From: Actinomycetota bacterium
GTDB taxonomy: Bacteria > Actinomycetota > UBA4738 > HRBIN12
Direction: 5' to 3'
DNA length: 64,000 nt
Assembly: GCA_035640355.1 (NCBI GenBank)
Contig: DASQWI010000019.1
Span: forward strand, 55,222-119,221
The position numbers were made by a program, and so were the translations under genes. Shown in pieces: positions 25,627 to 33,589 of the stretch. The notes below the pieces were generated by a model that had not been told where the DNA came from, ran no database searches, and saw only the letters and a program-made list of their open reading frames with translations. Each line of letters opens with the position of its first letter. Positions within the stretch are counted from its first letter, which is position 1.

Positions 25627-27255
25627 CTACGGGCTTGCGTCCGGGCGATACCGGTTCGTGATCGGCATGCGGCGGTCGCGGCCGAACGCCTTCGGGGTGA
25701 TCTTGATGCCCGGCGCGGCCTGCCGTCGTTTGTACTCGGCTCGGTCGATCAACTGGACGACGCGTTCGACGAGTTCCGGATCGTCGCCCGACGTGGCGAT
25801 CTCCTCCGGAGAACGATCCTCGACGACGTACGCTTCGATGATCGGGTCGAGCTGCTCGTACTGGGGAAGCGAATCCGTGTCCTTTTGGTCCGGCCGCAAC
25901 TCTGCCGATGGTGCCTTCGCGACGACGCGGTGGGGGATCGGTCCCTCGCCCGGTCCCTGAGCGTTCCGCCACCGCACCAACTTGTAGACGAGCGTCTTGG
26001 GGACGTCCTTGATCGGTGCGAACCCGCCAGCCATGTCTCCGTACAGTGTGGCGTACCCCACGGCGTACTCGCTCTTGTTCCCCGTCGCGAGCACCATCGA
26101 GCCGAACCGGTTCGAGAAGGCCATCAGCAGGTTGCCCCGGATTCGCGCCTGGATGTTCTCCTCGGCAAGGCCGGGCTCGGTTCCGTGGAACGGCTCCCGC
26201 AGCGCGTTGAGGTATGCCGAGAAGACGTCGTCGATGGCCACCTCGTCGAGCCGGACCCGCAGGCGACGTGCGACCTCCGTCGCGTCCTCGGTGCTCTCCG
26301 CCGACGAGTACCGCGACGGCATCGTGAGCGCGCGAACGGACCCGGCGCCGAGCGCGTCCGTCGCGAGTACGGCGACGAACGCCGAGTCGATTCCACCGGA
26401 CAGCCCGAGCACCACCCCCTCGAACCCGTTCTTGCGAACGTAGTCGCCGAGACCGAGCTCGAGGGCGCGGTAGATGTCCTCTGGTTCGCCCGGCCATTCG
26501 GGCCGATCCTCGGCGATCGAGCGGTCGCCTTCGATGTCGACGATCAGCAGGTCCTCCTCGAACATCGCGGCGCGGTGCCGCAGCGTTCCGTCCGGCGCGA
26601 CAACCATGCTTCCCCCATCGAAGACGAGCTCGTCCTGGCCACCGATGGTGTTGACGTACACGATCCATGCGCCGGTCTCGAGTGCGCGATCGCGCGCGAT
26701 CTCGATGCGCTCTCCCGCCTTGCCCCGGTGATACGGCGAGCCGTTGATGTTGAGGACGATCGGGGTCTTTCGGGCGGCGTACGCGTCGAATGGCGGGCCG
26801 GGCGCCCACGCGTCCTCGCACACGGAGAGCCCGAGCTCGGAGCCGGCGAGGCGCACTGCACATTCGGCATCGCCTGGAACGAACGTTCGTTGCTCGTCGA
26901 ACACCCCGTAGTTCGGCAGCTTGACCTTGTGGTAGCGGGCGACGATCTCGCCGTTTGCCACGAGCGCCGCCGCGTTGTGAAGCCCTCGGTCGGTCCGATC
27001 GACGAAGCCGGTGACGATGGAGCAGCCGCCCGCGGTCCGCTTTGCCAAGTGCTCGAGCGCCGAGAGGTTGTCGTCGACGAACGCCGGCCGCAGCACCAGA
27101 TCTTCCGGGGGGTACCCCGTGATCGCGAGCTCGGGGAAGACCACGACGTCGGCGCCGGCCTCGGTGGCTCGAGACGCCCACGCGGTCATGAGCTCCACGT
27201 TGCCCTCGAGATCGCCGACCGACGGATCGATCTGCCCGAGCGCGATGCGAACCAT
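25627..27255 (-). CDS. nadE: glutamine-dependent NAD+ synthetase
   Basis: 542 aa. N-terminal CN-hydrolase domain (VVFPELAITGY, CEDAW) and C-terminal synthetase domain with the PP-loop GLSGGIDSA. Confidence 0.95.
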   Translation of the reverse strand: MVRIALGQIDPSVGDLEGNVELMTAWASRATEAGADVVVFPELAITGYPPEDLVLRPAFVDDNLSALEHLAKRTAGGCSIVTGFVDRTDRGLHNAAALVANGEIVARYHKVKLPNYGVFDEQRTFVPGDAECAVRLAGSELGLSVCEDAWAPGPPFDAYAARKTPIVLNINGSPYHRGKAGERIEIARDRALETGAWIVYVNTIGGQDELVFDGGSMVVAPDGTLRHRAAMFEEDLLIVDIEGDRSIAEDRPEWPGEPEDIYRALELGLGDYVRKNGFEGVVLGLSGGIDSAFVAVLATDALGAGSVRALTMPSRYSSAESTEDATEVARRLRVRLDEVAIDDVFSAYLNALREPFHGTEPGLAEENIQARIRGNLLMAFSNRFGSMVLATGNKSEYAVGYATLYGDMAGGFAPIKDVPKTLVYKLVRWRNAQGPGEGPIPHRVVAKAPSAELRPDQKDTDSLPQYEQLDPIIEAYVVEDRSPEEIATSGDDPELVERVVQLIDRAEYKRRQAAPGIKITPKAFGRDRRMPITNRYRPDASP

Positions 27256-27326
27256 CGCCGCTCAGCCTAGCCGTGGGCCAGCGTTCCTCCGCACCCCAGG
27301 TCGAGACGCGAACGAGATCGACCGGT

Positions 27327-30300
27327 TTAGCCACCCAAGGGTTCGTGGACCGATCCCAGGGACGCCAACCGCTTCCGCGCTCTCTCGCGAGAGACGATGT
27401 CCTGCTTTGCATCGAGGAGCGTCTCGGCCTGGCGTGCGGCGTCTCGAGCATCGTCGAGCCTGCCGCCAAGCTCGTAGATTTCGGCGAGATCCAGCAGCGT
27501 CGATGCTGCGGCATCGGGATCCTCAGACGGGTCGATGAGTGCCACCGCCTCTTTGCCCAACGACTGCGCGTTCTCGAGGTCACCCGTTCGGGCGAGGACC
27601 TTCCCCTGGATCGAGCGCCACAGGAACTGCGACGAGATGTCGTCCGGCGAGGCGAGCTCGCGGCAGATCGCGCAGTAGCCGGCCGCATCTTCGAGACGGT
27701 CTTGCTGGTACAGCGCTTCCGCGAGGAACGCTGCGGTGGTGGACAGGTAGTACTTCTCGCCCATGGCATCGAGGGCGGCGAAGTCGAGCAAGAGCTCGAC
27801 CTCCGCGGCGGCCGGATCGCCTGCCAAGAGCTCGATCGGCCCAGAGGACTGAGACGTGACGGCGGCCTGTACCTTCCACCCCAACTCCTCGAGGGAAGAT
27901 CGACTCTCCCGACACAGTTCACGGGCGCGGTCGAACTGTCCTCGCATGGCTTCGAGATGCGCGAGCGCCCGCTTCGTCACCGCGGCGGCCTTCCGGTCGG
28001 ATCCCGTCCGCCCGAGGATCTCGGTGCACCGTTCGATGGCGTCGGGTACCGGCGTCGGTCCGTACAGCGCACACGTGGCGAGGGCCGGCAAGACCCGATC
28101 CTCGAGCTGCGTGTTCCCTGCACGACGCGCGTACTCGACCATCCTCTGCGCCGCTGTCTCACTCGAACCCCACCGGCATGCCTCCCAGTGGACGAGCGTC
28201 AGCATGCGCCACGCGCGTGCGAGCCCCTCGTTCTGCCGAAGCTCCTCGAGAAGCGGCATGGTCCGCTCGACCTCCGCTACGACGTCCGCGCCGCTCTCCT
28301 CGGGCGCGGTCTCGTATCGGAGGCTGAGCATCATCATTCGACCGGTCGCCTCGAGCCCTGCGTCCCCTCGTCGGGCGGCCGAGTCCATGCCGGCTTGAAG
28401 GAACATCTCGGCCGAACGGAACTCGCCGAGCTCCATCAGCGCCTCGCCGGCGTCGAGGAGGTGACGCGACCGCCGTTCGTCCTCAGCGGGAAGCAAGGTC
28501 GCGGCTCGCTGCAGCAGGTTCGACGCGGCGTGGAGGTCCGCCCGTGCAAGCGCTCGATGTCCGGCGGACGCGAGATACCCGGCGGCACGCAGCCCGAGCT
28601 GACGCGCGTGATCGTCGACGGGCGCCAGTTGCACAAGGACGGTGTACGCCTGTTCGAGGTGGTAGCCCCGGATCTCCTCGTACTCCTTGATTCGGTCGGT
28701 CGTGACCTCCTCGAGCCAGTCGACGAACCGTTCGTGTAGCTCGGCCCTCGTCCGCTTCAGCAGGCCGAGGTACGCGGCATCCCGGATCAGGACGTGCGCG
28801 AACCGGTAGGCCTCCTGACCAGCGAACATCGATTCGCCGGGGTGGATCAGTTCCTTTCGCATCAGACCACCGAGGCTGGCCTCGACGAGCGGCCGGGTCG
28901 GCTCGCCAACGAGGTACTCGACACCGCCCCGGAAGAACACCTGTCCGATCACCGCGCCGCGACCGATCACCGTGCGCTCCGCCGTGGACAGCCGGTCGAG
29001 GCGCGCCGTGAGAAGCGCCAGGATGGAGGGAGGAATCGTGATCGAGCGCTGGTCGCCGACGATCATCCAGGCACCGGTTTCGTCACGGCGAAGGACGCCC
29101 TCGTCGATCAACATCGAGACCATGTGCTCCACGAACAGCGGGTTGCCCTCAGCCGCTTCGATGATCCGGGCACGCAGCCGCTCGTCGAGCGCCGCCCCGA
29201 GGACGTTCTCGACGACGCGCGCGCTCTCATCCTCGGAGAGAGGCGAGAGCGTGATCCACGTTGCGTGCTCCTTGTCGTCGACCCACTCGATCTGGTCGTG
29301 GAGCAGTTCCGGTCGCGACGAGCAGACGATCAGCACGGGAGCTTCGACCGATTCCAGCAAGTACGACAGGAGCTCCAGGAAGGTCGGCTCGGCCCAGTGG
29401 ATGTCGTCGATCAGCATCACCGTCGGACGCTCGCGCGCGACGACCTCGAGGAGACGGCGCGCACCCCAGAACGTTTCCCGCACGGGGAACGTCGCATCCG
29501 AGAGGCCGATCGCCGCCGCGACGCGCTCCGCGGCATCGCGGCCCTCCTCGCCGGCCAGCGTGAAGAGCTTTGCGCGCGCCGTCTCGAGCGGATCGTCGTC
29601 CGAGATGTCGGCTGCCTGTCTGATCACCTCTCCCAAAGGCCAGAACGTGATGCCGTCGCCGTAGGACAGGCATCGGCCGCGCACGGCGGAGATCCGGTCA
29701 GCCTCCCTGTCGAGGAACTCGCGCAGCAGGCGAGACTTGCCCACCCCGGCGGGCCCGACGACCGTGACCAACCGCGGTCGGCCATGCGCCTCGACGTTGT
29801 CGAGCGCGCCCGTGAGACTCTCGAGCTCTTCGAGCCGGCCGATCATGGGCGCGTGCATCCGGCGGCTGATGGCATCGTCGACGGCGCGGACCGACAGCAG
29901 CCGGTACGCGGGTACCGGCTCGGCCTTGCCCTTGAGCTCGAGCGGCTCGACCGGTTCGATCTCGACGCTGTCTCGCACCAGGCGGTACGTCGGCTCCCCG
30001 ATCAAGATCTCGAGCGCCGGTGCGGCTTGCTCGAGCCGCGCCGCGGTATTCACCGCGTCGCCGGTCACGAGTCGTTGACCTGAGGCGACGTCACCCGCCA
30101 CGACGTCGCCGGTGTTGACCCCAGTCCGGTTCTCGAGACGGACACCCCACCCCTGCTCCAGGCGGTCGTTCACGACCTCGAGCGTGGCCTTCATCTCGAG
30201 CGCGGCGCGGACCGCACGGAGGGCGTCGTCCTCGTGGAGAGTCGGCAGCCCGAAGACGGCCATGATCGCGTCGCCGATGAACTTCTCGACGGTGCCGCCG

Positions 30301-30533
30301 TGCCGCTCCAGGACCGCCTTCATCTCGTTGAAATAGACGTTCAGGACCTCGCGGACGGACTCCGTGTCGAGCGCCTCCCCGAGCGCGGTCGATCCCTTGA
30401 GGTCGCTGAAGACGATCGTGACGGTCTTGCGAACTTCCGGTGCGACCTCTTCAACGGCGAGCTTGGTCCCGCAGATCCCGCAGATGCGGAACCGATCGGG
30501 GTTCTCCTCGCCGCAGTTGGGACAGATCTGCAC
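27327..30533 (-). CDS. zinc-ribbon / class III cyclase / STAND ATPase / TPR protein (paralog of 19365-22556)
   Basis: 1068 aa. MQICPNCG..CGICG, IVFSDLKGST, KFIGDAIMAVFG, GDAVNTAARLE, Walker A VVGPAGVGKSRL and helical repeats. Colinear with the first copy over the full length. Confidence 0.9.
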   Translation of the reverse strand: MQICPNCGEENPDRFRICGICGTKLAVEEVAPEVRKTVTIVFSDLKGSTALGEALDTESVREVLNVYFNEMKAVLERHGGTVEKFIGDAIMAVFGLPTLHEDDALRAVRAALEMKATLEVVNDRLEQGWGVRLENRTGVNTGDVVAGDVASGQRLVTGDAVNTAARLEQAAPALEILIGEPTYRLVRDSVEIEPVEPLELKGKAEPVPAYRLLSVRAVDDAISRRMHAPMIGRLEELESLTGALDNVEAHGRPRLVTVVGPAGVGKSRLLREFLDREADRISAVRGRCLSYGDGITFWPLGEVIRQAADISDDDPLETARAKLFTLAGEEGRDAAERVAAAIGLSDATFPVRETFWGARRLLEVVARERPTVMLIDDIHWAEPTFLELLSYLLESVEAPVLIVCSSRPELLHDQIEWVDDKEHATWITLSPLSEDESARVVENVLGAALDERLRARIIEAAEGNPLFVEHMVSMLIDEGVLRRDETGAWMIVGDQRSITIPPSILALLTARLDRLSTAERTVIGRGAVIGQVFFRGGVEYLVGEPTRPLVEASLGGLMRKELIHPGESMFAGQEAYRFAHVLIRDAAYLGLLKRTRAELHERFVDWLEEVTTDRIKEYEEIRGYHLEQAYTVLVQLAPVDDHARQLGLRAAGYLASAGHRALARADLHAASNLLQRAATLLPAEDERRSRHLLDAGEALMELGEFRSAEMFLQAGMDSAARRGDAGLEATGRMMMLSLRYETAPEESGADVVAEVERTMPLLEELRQNEGLARAWRMLTLVHWEACRWGSSETAAQRMVEYARRAGNTQLEDRVLPALATCALYGPTPVPDAIERCTEILGRTGSDRKAAAVTKRALAHLEAMRGQFDRARELCRESRSSLEELGWKVQAAVTSQSSGPIELLAGDPAAAEVELLLDFAALDAMGEKYYLSTTAAFLAEALYQQDRLEDAAGYCAICRELASPDDISSQFLWRSIQGKVLARTGDLENAQSLGKEAVALIDPSEDPDAAASTLLDLAEIYELGGRLDDARDAARQAETLLDAKQDIVSRERARKRLASLGSVHEPLGG

Positions 30534-30613
30534 GCGGCAAGTGTATGAGCGTCTCCCGGCGCGGGGGAGGGACCGTGCGAACTATCGAGCGCGAAGCGTC
30601 TACTGCGGAGATG

Positions 30614-30646
30614 CGCGAGGGCCGATCCTTCGGATCGGCCCTCGCG
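30614..30646 (-). terminator. perfect hairpin downstream of the secreted-protein gene
   Basis: CGCGAGGGCCGATCC-TTC-GGATCGGCCCTCGCG (15-bp stem), 23 nt after the stop at 30669. No strong U tract. Confidence 0.5.
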
Positions 30647-30668
30647 GTTGATCTGTCGATCGAGCCGT

Positions 30669-31979
30669 CTAGATCTTCCCTCGACCGTCCGCCACGATGA
30701 CGGTGACCCGGCGGCCACCACCGTTGAGTCCGGTCTGCGAGACGATGCAATTGAGCGGATCGATGCCCGTATTGCAGTCGGAGAGCAGCCCGTTGGTGTC
30801 GTTCCCCGAGTCTCCCCAGTGATCGTCGCCGAACTTGTCGGTGAACGGCTTGCCCTCGCTGTCGAAGCAGAAGTCGAGGTGGTCCGAGCCTCGATCGACG
30901 ATCTGCCGGATGATGCTCTTGCTCAAGTCGATGACGATCGTCTGTGACCCACCGCCTGTGTACTTCCAGACGACGGCATCGCCCGTGAGCGGCGTGTACC
31001 CGGCGCACGCAACGTTCACGTCAGCCGAAACGAATGTCCCCAGGTCACCACCGGCACCTGCAGACACCGTCGTCTTGATGCTGTTGTTGCCGTTGTGTCC
31101 GTGAACCACGCAGGGAGTGGTCGTGCACGCTTCGCCCTCTTGATAGACGCCGAAGACGTCCGTCTGCGGAGTCCCGACAACGCCGGTACCTGTGGCCTTC
31201 AGCTTGTACCCCTGGCCGATCTTGTTGATCGTGATGGGCGAGCACGTGCCACACGTGCCGTCGAACGTCGCGACGCCGCTGCCGTTCGACACCGCTGAGA
31301 TCGACCCGGCCAGCGTGGCGCCAGTCGGGTTGGTCGCGAACGCGAGGGTGACCGAGATACCCGGCCGGGGTGCCCCGCTGCCGTCCTTCACGATCGCTTG
31401 GATCGCCAAGCCGTCTGCCGTATACGGGGCGCTCGTGATGTTCTGACTCGGCCCGCTGGTGTTCGCCCCGAACTCCGCGTCCGCCGGCTGGCGCCCAGTA
31501 ACGAACTCGGCGGTGCACGAAGGCGTGAGCGTCGTCGTCGGCTGCTCGTTGATGTCGAACGAAGAGCCGTTGAAGTTCGGACCCGATCTCGCGGCGACCG
31601 ACCACGCCGCACTCGCCGGGCTACAGGCAGCCTGGGCCGTGAAGCTGAGGGTGAACGGAGACGAGGAGGAGATGCTGAGGCTCCGGCCCTGGATTTGCGA
31701 GGCCGACGGCCGGGTGACGCCGGCAGGCGGCGACACGAGAGGGGAAATGCTCCAACCTGATGGTGCAGTTAGGTTGAACGAACTGATCTGGCCGCTTGAT
31801 GGCGCGAGCGAGAACGTGAAGTCTTGGGTCGCGCCCGCCTCTGCCGGGGGCGATGAAGCCGTGATACTCGCCGTCGCGGTCGATGGAACGGCGAGCGCGG
31901 CTGGCGCCATCAGGCCTGTCAGCAACAGAAGGGCGGTAAGGACGAATGGCGCACCCCAACGGGGAGTAGCGAGCTTCAC
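30669..31979 (-). CDS. secreted Cys-containing protein with bacterial Ig-like region
   Basis: GTG at 31979 has AGGAGG 6 nt upstream. Signal peptide (V)KLATPRWGAPFVLTALLLLTGLMAPAALA. The segment GLAIQAIVKDGSGAPRPGISVTLAFATNPTGATLAG..AVSNGSGVATF resembles Big_1-type Ig folds. Confidence 0.75.
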   Translation of the reverse strand: MKLATPRWGAPFVLTALLLLTGLMAPAALAVPSTATASITASSPPAEAGATQDFTFSLAPSSGQISSFNLTAPSGWSISPLVSPPAGVTRPSASQIQGRSLSISSSSPFTLSFTAQAACSPASAAWSVAARSGPNFNGSSFDINEQPTTTLTPSCTAEFVTGRQPADAEFGANTSGPSQNITSAPYTADGLAIQAIVKDGSGAPRPGISVTLAFATNPTGATLAGSISAVSNGSGVATFDGTCGTCSPITINKIGQGYKLKATGTGVVGTPQTDVFGVYQEGEACTTTPCVVHGHNGNNSIKTTVSAGAGGDLGTFVSADVNVACAGYTPLTGDAVVWKYTGGGSQTIVIDLSKSIIRQIVDRGSDHLDFCFDSEGKPFTDKFGDDHWGDSGNDTNGLLSDCNTGIDPLNCIVSQTGLNGGGRRVTVIVADGRGKI

Positions 31980-32187
31980 AATCTGCCTCCTGACGGGTCG
32001 CCGGACCAATGCATTTGCTGTCCCCCGTCCGGGCGACCGGAGGATGGCCGAAGAAGTCTCCCGGCGGTAGCGCTCGCTGTCAACTGAGGCGTGCCTGAGG
32101 CGAGAGGCAAATCCACCGCACGTCCCGCAGTTGGGGGATGACTGTGGAAGGGCAATCGAGCCAGCAGCTGACAAGGCGAGCGAACAG

Positions 32188-33516
32188 CTACAGGATGGGC
32201 AGGTATCGCTCCAGCTCGTAGGGGGTGACGTAGGACTTGTACGAGTCCCACTCCTCCCGCTTGTTTCGGATCAGGAACTCGTGGACGTGCTCGCCCAGCG
32301 CGTCTCGGAGCACCTTCGACTCGCTGGCGAGCTCGATCGCCTCGTAGAGATCCGCCGGGAGCGACCGGATCCCCGCAGCGCGGCGCTCTGCCTCGGCCAT
32401 CTCATAGATGTTGTTGGAGGCCTCGGGCGGGAGCTCGAGCTCCTCCTCGATCCCCGCGAGACCCGCCGCCAGCATCGTCGCGAACGCCAGGTACGGGTTG
32501 CATGCCGGGTCCGGGGAGCGGAACTCGATCCGCGTCGCCTCTTCCTTGCCTGGCTTGTACTGCGGAACCCGCACGAGCGCCGAGCGGTTCCGGCGGGCCC
32601 AGCACACGTAGACGGGTGCCTCGTACCCGGGAACCAACCGCTTGTACGAGTTCACCCACTGGTTGGTGACGAGCGTGATCTCCGGCGCATAGGTAAGGAT
32701 CCCCGCGATGTACCGCTTCGCGGTTCGCGACAGGTGGTACTCGTCGCCCTGCTCGAAGAATGCGTTGCGATCGCCGGAGAACAGCGACTGGTGGGTGTGC
32801 ATCCCGCTGCCGTTCACGCCCATGACCGGCTTCGGCATGAACGTGGCGTAGATGCCGAACTCCTGCGCCACCTCCTTCACCGTGAGCCGGTAGGTCATGA
32901 CGTTGTCCGCCATCGTGAGCGCGTCCGCGTAACGCAGATCGATCTCGTGCTGGCTCGGGGCCACCTCGTGATGGACGTACTCGACCGGGATCCCCATCGA
33001 TTCGAGGTACGCGACGGTCCGCTTGCGCCAGTCCGTGGCTACATCCAGCGGCGTCTCGTCGAAGTAGCCGCCCTGATCGAGGAAGGACGGGTCGTCGGGG
33101 CCGCGGAAATAGAAGTACTCGAGCTCCGGACCGACGTAGAACGTGTAACCGAGCTCAGCCGCGCGCGCGAGCTGTCGCTTGAGGACGTTCCGGGGGTCGC
33201 CCTCGAACGGCGTCCCGTCGGGGTTCAGCACGTCGCAGAACATCCGCACGACCTGCGCCTCGGTCTTCCACGGGATCAGTTGGAACGTCGAGGGGTCGGG
33301 GATCGCCACCATGTCCGACTCCTGGATCCTGCTGAACCCGTCGATCGACGAGCCGTCGAACCCCATGCCCTCGGCGAACGCGCCCTCGAGCTCCTGCGAG
33401 GTGATGGTGAAGGACTTGAGGAACCCGAGCACGTCGGTGAACCACAGCCGAACGTACCGGATGCCTCGCTCCTCGATCGTCTTGAGCGCGTACTCGGCTT
33501 CGGCTGAGAGCGCCAT
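32188..33516 (-). CDS. glnA2: glutamine synthetase, GlnA2-type (442 aa)
   Basis: GS catalytic motifs (..[17 protein letters not shown].., ..[13 protein letters not shown]..). The length and N-terminus IRYVRLWFTDVLG resemble the mycobacterial GlnA2 class. Confidence 0.92.
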   Translation of the reverse strand: MALSAEAEYALKTIEERGIRYVRLWFTDVLGFLKSFTITSQELEGAFAEGMGFDGSSIDGFSRIQESDMVAIPDPSTFQLIPWKTEAQVVRMFCDVLNPDGTPFEGDPRNVLKRQLARAAELGYTFYVGPELEYFYFRGPDDPSFLDQGGYFDETPLDVATDWRKRTVAYLESMGIPVEYVHHEVAPSQHEIDLRYADALTMADNVMTYRLTVKEVAQEFGIYATFMPKPVMGVNGSGMHTHQSLFSGDRNAFFEQGDEYHLSRTAKRYIAGILTYAPEITLVTNQWVNSYKRLVPGYEAPVYVCWARRNRSALVRVPQYKPGKEEATRIEFRSPDPACNPYLAFATMLAAGLAGIEEELELPPEASNNIYEMAEAERRAAGIRSLPADLYEAIELASESKVLRDALGEHVHEFLIRNKREEWDSYKSYVTPYELERYLPIL

Positions 33517-33549
33517 GCCTTGCAGCGTAGCGCCTCCGCGGCCACGCCC

Positions 33550-33566
33550 GTTACGGGAGGGTTAAC
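33550..33566 (-). promoter_or_regulatory. GlnR-box-like site upstream of glnA2 (shared with divergent glnE)
   Basis: The minus strand reads GTTAAC-cctccc-GTAAC, i.e. TnAC-n6-GTnAC, 34-50 nt upstream of the glnA2 ATG. Confidence 0.45.
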
Positions 33567-33589
33567 TCTCCACGTCTGGGTGTAGTCGG

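Noticed and set aside
19365-30533. The two cyclase-STAND-TPR proteins as an antiphage system (Pycsar-, CBASS- or Avs-like).
   Set aside because: No effector gene (TM, TIR, nuclease or phospholipase) is adjacent. There is no mobile-element context. The architecture equals the widespread actinobacterial regulatory cyclase-ATPase family, so a signalling role is the simpler reading.
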